Assembly: GCA_945877805.1 (NCBI GenBank)
Contig: CAMCSM010000002.1
Coordinates: 2,650-66,649 of the forward strand
DNA from: Methylacidiphilum caldifontis
GTDB lineage: Bacteria; Verrucomicrobiota; Verrucomicrobiia; Methylacidiphilales; CAMAQI01
Reading direction: 5' to 3'
DNA length: 64,000 nt
The notes beneath the pieces are model-generated. The model made no database searches, was not told the origin of the DNA, and saw only the letters and a program-made list of their open reading frames with translations. Below, piece by piece: positions 56,860-64,000 of the stretch. How positions within the stretch are numbered: the first letter of the stretch is position 1; each line of letters starts with the position of its first letter. The position numbers were made by a program, and so were the translations under genes.

Positions 56860-57755
56860 CAAATTTAAAAAACGGAGCACAATACGTCGCTATGAAAAAT
56901 AATCTAAATTTTATTTTAAGATTTCTTCTTGTCGTTGCATTTCAATTCATGTTGGCCTTTACGGAGGACCCCCCCTTTCCTAAAAAAACCGGATTTCTTA
57001 TTTTTGAAGAAAACTTTACTGCTGGCGAAAAGGGTCCGCTTAATCAATATGAATATTCCATGCGAGCTAAAATGCTTAAGGCCGAGGGGAATTATACATT
57101 AGGACTCCCTAAGGACTTTGAAGTTGTTGATAAAGGGATGGGAATGACGAGTGAAGTGGAAAGTCATGTTGTTTGGGCGGCCAAAACCCCTCAATTAAAT
57201 GAAAATCACGAAGGATTTGCTGCCCATTTTTGGGTTGAAATACATGGTGCAATCAAAAAAATTGGCGGCATGTCGGTCGGTTTCTTTGGAAGCGCAAAGG
57301 GAGGAGTCACAGGCAAGTTTCAAGTGGGTCTGACAGGCTTTCCGGTGAATTCGATTCTATCGATCTCGGGAGGTCCTGAGCATCCTGCGGGACTCTTTGT
57401 CAGGGGCGAAAAGAATAAACTCCTCTACAGTGCTCTCCCGAAAATGAAAGGGGAGGCCCTTGAATTGCCGATGGTCGTTTCAATTATTCTCTCTCATTCC
57501 GGAAAAGCAGCGGTTTGGGTTAATTTAAAAAAAGAATGGGAAGGAACGACCCGCTTTAACTATATCGAATCTTCGGAACTTGAGGATACGAATGACGCCA
57601 CTCGCGTTTCAGGTTTGACGACTACTTTTTTAGGTGACAATAAAAAGGTAAGCGATAGCGGCAATGAGGTTTCAGTGATTAAGGCTTATCGATTTGAAGG
57701 GCTCACTGAAAAGGAATTTGAAAGCTATATTCAAACAGATGAGCTTGAAAAATGA
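56856..57755 (+). CDS. hypothetical secreted protein (beta-sandwich-like by composition)
   Basis: ATGA overlap with the esterase stop, and a hydrophobic leader FILRFLLVVAFQFMLAF. No family recognised. Confidence 0.5.
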   Translation: MTNLKNGAQYVAMKNNLNFILRFLLVVAFQFMLAFTEDPPFPKKTGFLIFEENFTAGEKGPLNQYEYSMRAKMLKAEGNYTLGLPKDFEVVDKGMGMTSEVESHVVWAAKTPQLNENHEGFAAHFWVEIHGAIKKIGGMSVGFFGSAKGGVTGKFQVGLTGFPVNSILSISGGPEHPAGLFVRGEKNKLLYSALPKMKGEALELPMVVSIILSHSGKAAVWVNLKKEWEGTTRFNYIESSELEDTNDATRVSGLTTTFLGDNKKVSDSGNEVSVIKAYRFEGLTEKEFESYIQTDELEK

Positions 57756-57768
57756 AGCGGCGAGGACT

Positions 57769-59049
57769 TTACCTTTTATGGGGATGAAGGGCTTTCTTGA
57801 GCTTTTGATGATCTAATTCCCCCTCTGATTTTGCAATAACAATCATCGCAACTGAATTTCCAATTAGATTCGTAATCGCTCTTGCTTCAGACATAAAGCG
57901 ATCAACTCCCAAGATAAGGGCCAATCCAGCAACGGGAATTTTTCCGAAGGAAGAAAGAGTCGCTGCAAGTGTAATAAATCCTCCTCCCGAAACCGCAGCA
58001 GATCCTTTGGATGTCACCAAAAGGAGACCGAGGATACAAAACTCATCACGAAACGTTAATGAGGTGTTTGTTGCTTGGGCAATGAATAGCGCCGCCATTG
58101 TGAGATAGATCGAGGTTCCATCAAGATTGAAAGAATATCCGGCGGGAAGAACAAGTCCTACGACTGATTTTGAGCAGCCTAAGTGCTCCATTTTTGTCAT
58201 GAGTTGAGGTAAAGCGGATTCAGAGGAGGAGGTTCCAAGAACGATGAGTATCTCCTCTTTAAGATAGACGAGGAGGCTCCAAAGGTTGAATCCATTAAAC
58301 CACGCAATGATTACTAAAACAATAAAGATGAAGCAGCCACAGGTTAGATAGACACAGGCGAGCAGTTTTCCAAGCGACCAAAGGGTCTGGATGCCATACT
58401 TTCCAATCGTGAAGGCCATCGACCCAAAGGCAGCGAGAGGGGCAAGCTTCATGACCATTCCGACGATTCCTAAGAGCGCTTTTGAAGTTTGCTGAAGAAG
58501 ATCAATGATCGGTTTTGATGTGTCATGAAAAGTGGCTAATGAGAGTCCAAAGAGAATCGAGAAAAAGAGGATTTGAAGGATATCTCCATGAGCAAAGGCA
58601 TCGATAATATTATGAGGAATGAGATTCAGAATAAAACCACTGACATCTTGGGGTGGGGAATGTTGATATTGTGAAATTGCGGAGGAATCAAGTAAAGCGA
58701 TATTCGCATTAATACCCTCTCCTGGCTTTACGTATTTAACGACGAGATACCCGATGATCAGGGCAAGTGTGGTCAGAACTTCAAAATAGAGGAGAGCTTT
58801 GAATCCAATTCTTTTAATCCGCTTCAGATCTCCCATTTCCGCAATTCCGACGACGATGGTGACGAAAATAATTGGTCCAATGACCATTTTTATTAATTTA
58901 ACAAATATATCCCCTAAAAGTTTGAATTCAACAGCGAGGGCTGGGGAGTAGTTACCGAGAAAAGCCCCTATGAGAATGGCAATGAGGACATGAAAATAGA
59001 GAGCGTTATACCAACGGGAGGGGGGAGCTCCTTGAGAGTTACTCGTCAT
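57769..59049 (-). CDS. dctA: C4-dicarboxylate transport protein DctA (DAACS family)
   Basis: LYFHVLIAILIGAFLGNYSP...LGDIFVKLIKMVIGPIIFVTIVVGIA closely parallels E. coli DctA as I recall it. DAACS motifs SSSESALP and GVDRFMSEARAITNLIGN. Confidence 0.88.
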   Translation of the reverse strand: MTSNSQGAPPSRWYNALYFHVLIAILIGAFLGNYSPALAVEFKLLGDIFVKLIKMVIGPIIFVTIVVGIAEMGDLKRIKRIGFKALLYFEVLTTLALIIGYLVVKYVKPGEGINANIALLDSSAISQYQHSPPQDVSGFILNLIPHNIIDAFAHGDILQILFFSILFGLSLATFHDTSKPIIDLLQQTSKALLGIVGMVMKLAPLAAFGSMAFTIGKYGIQTLWSLGKLLACVYLTCGCFIFIVLVIIAWFNGFNLWSLLVYLKEEILIVLGTSSSESALPQLMTKMEHLGCSKSVVGLVLPAGYSFNLDGTSIYLTMAALFIAQATNTSLTFRDEFCILGLLLVTSKGSAAVSGGGFITLAATLSSFGKIPVAGLALILGVDRFMSEARAITNLIGNSVAMIVIAKSEGELDHQKLKKALHPHKR

Positions 59050-59082
59050 AATCCTAATTCTTTAAAAAACAAATCAACCCGA

Positions 59083-59910
59083 TTAGGGGGAGTTATCGTT
59101 CCTGAGGAATCCTTGTTCCACTAAAGTTTGAAAAGCAATTTCTTTGAGCGATTTAATTAATTTGGGATCAAGGGCTTTATTTTTATATTGAGGGGTTGGG
59201 ATTGATATCTCTTTGGGATTTTTATTAAATAGAATTCCATAAAAAAGATAGGTATTCAGCATTTTTCCGTAGACAGAAGGGTGCTTCTCGTCGTCAAAAA
59301 GAATATTAGTTGATGGATCTGTATCCTGGAGTCCTGAAAATTTTATCCAAGCTAATCCAACGGGAGCAACGACGACATTGAGTTCCATTCCAATCTTGGT
59401 ATAGTTTTCATGAATAATCGAGGAGAGGGAGAGTTTCTTTTTATCCGGAGGCGTCGTACTAAAGAGAATTATTTTACAAGAATGGTTGTGCTGCTTAATT
59501 TTGTCATGAAGGATTCGAAGGGAGGGAGAAAAGGTATTAAAATGAGGATCCGTGGGGATTGCTTCTGAAGTATTTCCTTGTAAAACAACATAGTCCCAGA
59601 GACCTATTTTTAAGACGGTCTCTAGGTTCTTATTCTCGGCATGCTGAAAGAAAAAGCGCCCACCCTCGGTATGCTCTTGAATGTTCGTTTTAATCTTCAT
59701 CGAGAGGGTCAAATCCCTAAGTGCCTCGGGAAGTCCTCCGCTCCAAAAGGTGATGCTATTTCCGACAAAAAGAATGTTGTAGGGGCGAGTTTTTTCAGTG
59801 GGAGGATTTAAAAAGTGGGCTTCATTATAGAGGTGGGCGCATAATGGATTTGAGAAAATTGTAAAATAAAATAGAAAAAGATAAAGCAATCGGATGAAGC
59901 TGATATTCAT
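59083..59910 (-). CDS. SGNH/GDSL-like hydrolase
   Basis: Signal peptide. Block I ILFVGNSITF (Ser nucleophile context) and block V DDEKHPS (D-x-x-H). Confidence 0.55.
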   Translation of the reverse strand: MNISFIRLLYLFLFYFTIFSNPLCAHLYNEAHFLNPPTEKTRPYNILFVGNSITFWSGGLPEALRDLTLSMKIKTNIQEHTEGGRFFFQHAENKNLETVLKIGLWDYVVLQGNTSEAIPTDPHFNTFSPSLRILHDKIKQHNHSCKIILFSTTPPDKKKLSLSSIIHENYTKIGMELNVVVAPVGLAWIKFSGLQDTDPSTNILFDDEKHPSVYGKMLNTYLFYGILFNKNPKEISIPTPQYKNKALDPKLIKSLKEIAFQTLVEQGFLRNDNSP

Positions 59911-59951
59911 AATCTAAAAGATTAACATGGAATGTGGAAATATCAAGAAAA

Positions 59952-59967
59952 GATTAAACGTATTACC
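59952..59967. promoter_or_regulatory. weaker class B-like site in the divergent SGNH/lacI intergenic region
   Basis: GATTAAACGTATTACC matches AGTTAAACGTTTTACT at 12/16 positions when aligned on the central CG. Confidence 0.25.
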
Positions 59968-60125
59968 ATTTTTATGCAATAGCTATTTTGTATTGGATAA
60001 TTCAAGGATTTACGTGCATTTTAAGACTCATCCATTGATAAATTTAGGGCAATCAGATTCGGAACGGTAGTCATCGCGAAAAGATTGCTTTGCTCTTTTA
60101 GGTTTTAATTCTACGATTTCACTCG

Positions 60126-61151
60126 ATGAAGCCAGTTATCACCATTCATGATATCGCAAAAAAAGCTAAAGTTTCATTAGCGACTGTTTCTCTTGTTTTA
60201 AATCGAAAGGGAAGAATCAGTGAAAAGACTCAAGAAAGAGTAAGAAAAGCGGTTCGCGAGATGAATTATTCACCAAATTATTCCGGTCGAATACTCCGTC
60301 GCAAATGTTCTCAACAGATTGCACTTCTCTATTATCCTAGGGCTTCTGCGATATTTAATAATCCATTTTACTCAAAAATTATTGAGGGTTTGCTGGAACG
60401 CCTTTCGCAGAATAAATATAATATTGTGCTTGGAAATTGTGATCTTTCTGAGGAGAGCTTCACGATCCCCGATTATCTTCAAAATGGATCGGTGGATGCG
60501 TTAATTTTAACGGGAGACCTGCCGGAAAAAGCTGCGCTCCATTTTTCTGATCTACGAATCCCGATTTTGCTTTTGGATTCTTTTTCAAAGCATTTAGCTG
60601 CCGATTCTTTGACTTCTGATGGGTTTCAAGGAGTGATGGATTCGATCGATCATTTGGTTTCATTGGGACATCGTCACATTGCTTATGTGACCCATGAATT
60701 AGATCTTTATAATGTACAGACTCGAATAAACGGTTTTAAAGCGGCAATTCAAAAAAACTCACTTCCATTGCTCGGTTGTCCTTTGATTCGTATGCCCGTG
60801 GGGAAAAATGTTGAATGGTTAGCTCAGGAGGTGCTAAAGGCGACCCGATCTAAAGCCCCCATTACCGCCTTTGTTGCGGTCAACGATACCATTGCATTTT
60901 GGGTTTCCCATTTTCTTCAGAAAGAGGCGATCCAGCTGCCTCGGTTCTTGAGTTTTATCGGTTTTGATGATGATGAGGAGTACAGCCAGAGGGATATTCC
61001 GATGACGACCATTTCTGTTCCTAAGCGGGAGATTGGAATTCGCGCAGCGGAGATTATTTTAACACGCATTTCAAACAGTGACTTGCCATTGCAAAAAGTC
61101 GTCATTCCTGTTTCCCTCGTTCGCCGCAATTCAACGGTTGTCGTTAAATAA
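60126..61151 (+). CDS. LacI-family transcriptional regulator
   Basis: N-terminal HTH TIHDIAKKAKVSLATVSLVLNRKG..SEKTQERVRKAVREMNYSPN plus a PBP1 effector domain (VAVNDTIAFWV, IGFDD). Confidence 0.88.
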   Translation: MKPVITIHDIAKKAKVSLATVSLVLNRKGRISEKTQERVRKAVREMNYSPNYSGRILRRKCSQQIALLYYPRASAIFNNPFYSKIIEGLLERLSQNKYNIVLGNCDLSEESFTIPDYLQNGSVDALILTGDLPEKAALHFSDLRIPILLLDSFSKHLAADSLTSDGFQGVMDSIDHLVSLGHRHIAYVTHELDLYNVQTRINGFKAAIQKNSLPLLGCPLIRMPVGKNVEWLAQEVLKATRSKAPITAFVAVNDTIAFWVSHFLQKEAIQLPRFLSFIGFDDDEEYSQRDIPMTTISVPKREIGIRAAEIILTRISNSDLPLQKVVIPVSLVRRNSTVVVK

Positions 61152-61190
61152 CAGGTCAATACCGTTCTTTTAAGTTCTGGAAAGGATTTA

Positions 61191-61206
61191 AGTTAAACGT
61201 TTTACT
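61191..61206. promoter_or_regulatory. class B CG-centred palindrome (LacI-type operator-like)
   Basis: AGTTAAACGTTTTACT is identical to 55865-55880. It lies immediately downstream of lacI and 15-40 nt upstream of the next gene's candidate starts. Confidence 0.45.
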
Positions 61207-61247
61207 TTTGTTTTGACTTTTTGATGGATGATGATAGTATTCATTAC

Positions 61248-62564
61248 ATGAGTTGGTTTTTAATTTTCCTCTCCTTCTTTTTATTGATCTTTGTCTGCGG
61301 GGAGGCTGGGGAGCCTTCCTATCCTCAGATAAGGAATTCGGTGACATGCGGATATCAAGGATGGTTCTCGGCTTCACGAGACGTGGATATTAAAAATTGG
61401 CGACACTATTCCGCCAATCATCGTGCTTTTGAAGAGGGATCACTCGGAATTGAACTTTGGCCCGACATGACGGAGATGGATGCGGATGAAAAGTTTGTAA
61501 CAAATTTTAAGAATTCAAAAGGGGAGCCTCAGTTTGTTTATAGCTCTGAGAACAAAAAGACGATCAATCGTCATTTTAAATGGATGAAGCAATATAATAT
61601 AGATGGGGTTTATCTTCAACGATTTGGAACTGAAATCAAAAACAGCAACAGTGCCAATGCACAGTTTGTAGACAGCGTCCTTCGATCCTCTCTAGAAGCC
61701 GCTATTGAGCATAAGCGAGGGATCAGTATTACTTACGATTTATCAGGTCTTGAATCGGGTGAGCTAATGAGTGTCATTGCTCAGGATTGGAAACGACTTT
61801 GCGATCAATACCGAATTCGTGAGCAGTCCTGTTTTTTTCATGATGCAAAGAAGCCAGTGGTGATGATTTGGGGGGTTGGATTTAATGATGGACGTAAATA
61901 TACCTTAAAGGAGACCTCAGAGCTCCTTGAGTTCTTTCAAAATGACCCTCTCTATGGAGGCAATCGAGTGATTTTTGGGGTTCCCACTTTTTGGAGAGAA
62001 ATGAAAGCGGATGCAATCAGTGATCCATTATTGCATGATATGATTCGTCGCTCTGGAATGGTGAGTCCTTGGTTTGTTGGTCGTTATAAAACAATTTTGG
62101 AGGTTACGAAGCATACCGAAAGAAATGTGAAGGCTGATATTGAATGGTGTCAAAGAAATGGGGTGGAGTATCTTCCAGTTTGTTTTCCTGGATTTAGCTG
62201 GAGAAATCTCATGGAATCTCGAGGGAAGGTAGAGTCGTGGAATTATATTCCACGTTTGCAAGGGAGTTTTTTTTGGTCTCAAGCAAGTCAATATTATAAA
62301 GCGGGGGCGAAGATGCTTTATATTGCGATGTTCGATGAAATGGATGAAGGGACTGCAATTTTTAAATGTACCAACGATGTTCCCGTTGGAAAGGCGGGAA
62401 GAGAGCTCTTTTTGACTTATGAAGGACTCCCTTCGGATCATTATCTTTGGTTATCTGGAAAAATTAATGAAATGTTTAAAGGTAAATTGCCCATAAGTGA
62501 GAATCAGCCAGAGCGAAAATCTGACGATCGACGGTTATTCGATAAATTAGCTCCCTCTAAGTAG
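61248..62564 (+). CDS. putative secreted glycoside hydrolase-like protein (family unassigned)
   Basis: ORF with a signal-like MSWFLIFLSFFLLIFVCG. The blocks CGYQGWF, HFKWMKQYNIDGVYLQRF and IAMFDEMDEGTAIFK recur in TIM-barrel glycosidase-like proteins of PVC bacteria, as far as I recall. The start is uncertain: the track start at 61221 is TTG, with ATGs at 61224 and 61248. Confidence 0.5.
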   Translation: MSWFLIFLSFFLLIFVCGEAGEPSYPQIRNSVTCGYQGWFSASRDVDIKNWRHYSANHRAFEEGSLGIELWPDMTEMDADEKFVTNFKNSKGEPQFVYSSENKKTINRHFKWMKQYNIDGVYLQRFGTEIKNSNSANAQFVDSVLRSSLEAAIEHKRGISITYDLSGLESGELMSVIAQDWKRLCDQYRIREQSCFFHDAKKPVVMIWGVGFNDGRKYTLKETSELLEFFQNDPLYGGNRVIFGVPTFWREMKADAISDPLLHDMIRRSGMVSPWFVGRYKTILEVTKHTERNVKADIEWCQRNGVEYLPVCFPGFSWRNLMESRGKVESWNYIPRLQGSFFWSQASQYYKAGAKMLYIAMFDEMDEGTAIFKCTNDVPVGKAGRELFLTYEGLPSDHYLWLSGKINEMFKGKLPISENQPERKSDDRRLFDKLAPSK

Positions 62565-62660
62565 TTTTAGTCTTAGTAGGGTTCGTTAGGAATTTTTAAA
62601 TTAAAAACTTCTTTTTAAATGAATAATCGTTATCTTCATCGCTAGGTTTCTCTCGATCCT

Positions 62661-63149
62661 ATGATAAAAAATAAATATTCATCTGGCTTTTCTTTAGTTG
62701 AGGTCATGATGTCTATTTTTATTGTTTCTGTTGCTTTAATTCCCCTGATGGGATTAATCCCTGTCGGCTTAAAAAATGCTCAGATTTCTTCAGAGGAAAC
62801 TCATGCGGTCCACCTTTTGTCAGCGGTCGTGCAGGATTTAAAATATACAAAGAGTTCAAGTGAGAAATCTTATCTTTTTAAAATTGATCAAACCCCTTAC
62901 CGCACCGTAAAAGAGGGGACTGTCAATCGAGTTTGGATCGATTCTTTTTGGAATGTTTACTCCCAAAAAAAAACTAATGGGATGTATTATGAATTGGAAT
63001 GGGTATACACCCAAGTTCCGGATATCAATAGTTTTCTTCCTGTTATTGGAAGGTTCACGGTCAAATGGCCTCCCCCAAAAAAAAGTGAAAATAATTCTAA
63101 TAAGGCGGGGGAAGTTTCGGTATTAATTGCTTTTAAAAAAGCCGCCTAA
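62661..63149 (+). CDS. prepilin-type N-terminal cleavage/methylation domain protein (pseudopilin-like)
   Basis: N-terminus KYSSGFSLVEVMMSIFIVSVALIPLMGL, i.e. a G|FSLVE processing motif followed by a hydrophobic helix. Confidence 0.7.
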   Translation: MIKNKYSSGFSLVEVMMSIFIVSVALIPLMGLIPVGLKNAQISSEETHAVHLLSAVVQDLKYTKSSSEKSYLFKIDQTPYRTVKEGTVNRVWIDSFWNVYSQKKTNGMYYELEWVYTQVPDINSFLPVIGRFTVKWPPPKKSENNSNKAGEVSVLIAFKKAA

Positions 63150-63163
63150 ATCATTTAAATCAG

Positions 63164-64000
63164 ATGTATTCTTCTAAAACAATATTTAAGCATTCCTTTA
63201 CCCTTATCGAGTTGATGTTCGCTATGGCGATTTCTACAGCAATTGTGTGTATTTTAATTTCTATCGTTGGCTTAATTGAGAAATCAATGAAACGCAGCAG
63301 TCAAATTATGACGACAAGTGCGAAAGCGAGATTTGTTTTTGACCGTATTGGAAATGATCTTAAAAAGATGCCCCAAAGAACGGATATTGACTATCGAATG
63401 ACAAATAATGTGACGAGAGAAGATTTTTTGCGTTTCATCACTCAGATTAAAAGTCCTGAGGCTGATCGAAATCTTTCTTTAGTTGGCTATAAGATTCAAT
63501 CTGATACCAATGGTGTTTTTGGAATTTATCGGGGAGTTCATGGCTACCACTGGAGTGATATCGGTTTTATGGGGATCAACGCTCAAGGAACAGTCCCTAA
63601 TCTTATGAAACTCCCATCAGTTCTTAACTTGAGCGATGATGAGTACGAGTTGATCATGCCCGGAGTTCTAAAAGTAGGACTTGCTTTTCAATACAAAAAC
63701 GACGGAATAATTTATCGTGCACCCCCGTTTTATCCACGAGGAACTAACACATCTATCACATTTTTACAAATTACTAATATTTCCTCGATCGTGCTCGGAA
63801 TGGTGGTGATGGACTTAAAAAATGAACGCCCCTTGACTGAAGATATTTCAAATCAATTAGCAAACGTATTTACGGGGGCCCCTGAAGGGATTACCCCTCT
63901 TCCCCATTGGAATACTAATTTAGAACTTCAACTTTCGAAGCATTCAGATGAGATTATAAAATCATTCGCTAAATCGATCCAAATTTATCAACGTTTTTAT
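63164..64000 (+). CDS. prepilin-type N-terminal domain protein, 3'-truncated by the window end
   Basis: My own translation from the ATG at 63164 is open for 279 codons to the window edge. N-terminus MYSSKTIFKHSFTLIELMFAMAISTAIVCILISIVG (FTLIE motif). It is absent from the ORF track because no stop falls inside the window. Confidence 0.65.
   Translation, partial: MYSSKTIFKHSFTLIELMFAMAISTAIVCILISIVGLIEKSMKRSSQIMTTSAKARFVFDRIGNDLKKMPQRTDIDYRMTNNVTREDFLRFITQIKSPEADRNLSLVGYKIQSDTNGVFGIYRGVHGYHWSDIGFMGINAQGTVPNLMKLPSVLNLSDDEYELIMPGVLKVGLAFQYKNDGIIYRAPPFYPRGTNTSITFLQITNISSIVLGMVVMDLKNERPLTEDISNQLANVFTGAPEGITPLPHWNTNLELQLSKHSDEIIKSFAKSIQIYQRFY

Overview
Chromosomal segment that looks like a PVC-superphylum (probably Verrucomicrobiota) genome. 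The lineage call is inference from gene content: a PEP-CTERM protein, prepilin-type cassette proteins, alternative complex III (ACIII), GH92 and a FucP-like transporter. G+C looks moderate by eye and the coding density is high. Content in order: (1) an 8-gene polyamine-linked operon (two DUF4178-like zinc-ribbon proteins, a small TM protein, DUF350, a membrane-fused SpeE-like aminopropyltransferase, a Tat-signal FAD amine oxidase, SpeD). (2) A decayed hipBA module. (3) A complete ACIII cluster, actABCDEF, running straight into a cbb3-like module whose CcoN-like subunit has lost almost all canonical metal-ligand histidines. (4) Photolyase, a SulP transporter and a DAACS transporter. (5) A patch of small toxin-antitoxin (TA)-like genes and TA wrecks, a G+C-rich roughly 280-bp palindromic element, sucAB, and tRNA-Gly(CCC) with a 21-bp duplicate of its 3' end. 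(6) acs, an ABC exporter and the ybeY / 7TMR-HD / phoH operon. (7) A carbohydrate and ketone-body region: FucP-like permease, GH92, GntR-PBP and LacI regulators, acetoacetyl-CoA synthetase-thiolase-hydroxyacyl-CoA dehydrogenase, GntP permease, two paralogous esterases, an SGNH hydrolase, DctA, a PEP-CTERM protein, a 1102-aa pseudopilin-like giant protein and the start of a prepilin-type cassette. This region carries two recurring CG-centred palindromic operator-like motifs. No rRNA genes, CRISPR arrays, integrases or transposases were seen. The most unusual items are the ligand-less CcoN homologue coupled to ACIII, the uncharacterised DUF4178/DUF350/SpeE/oxidase/SpeD operon, the palindromic element at about 24.98-25.26 kb, and the operator motif families.
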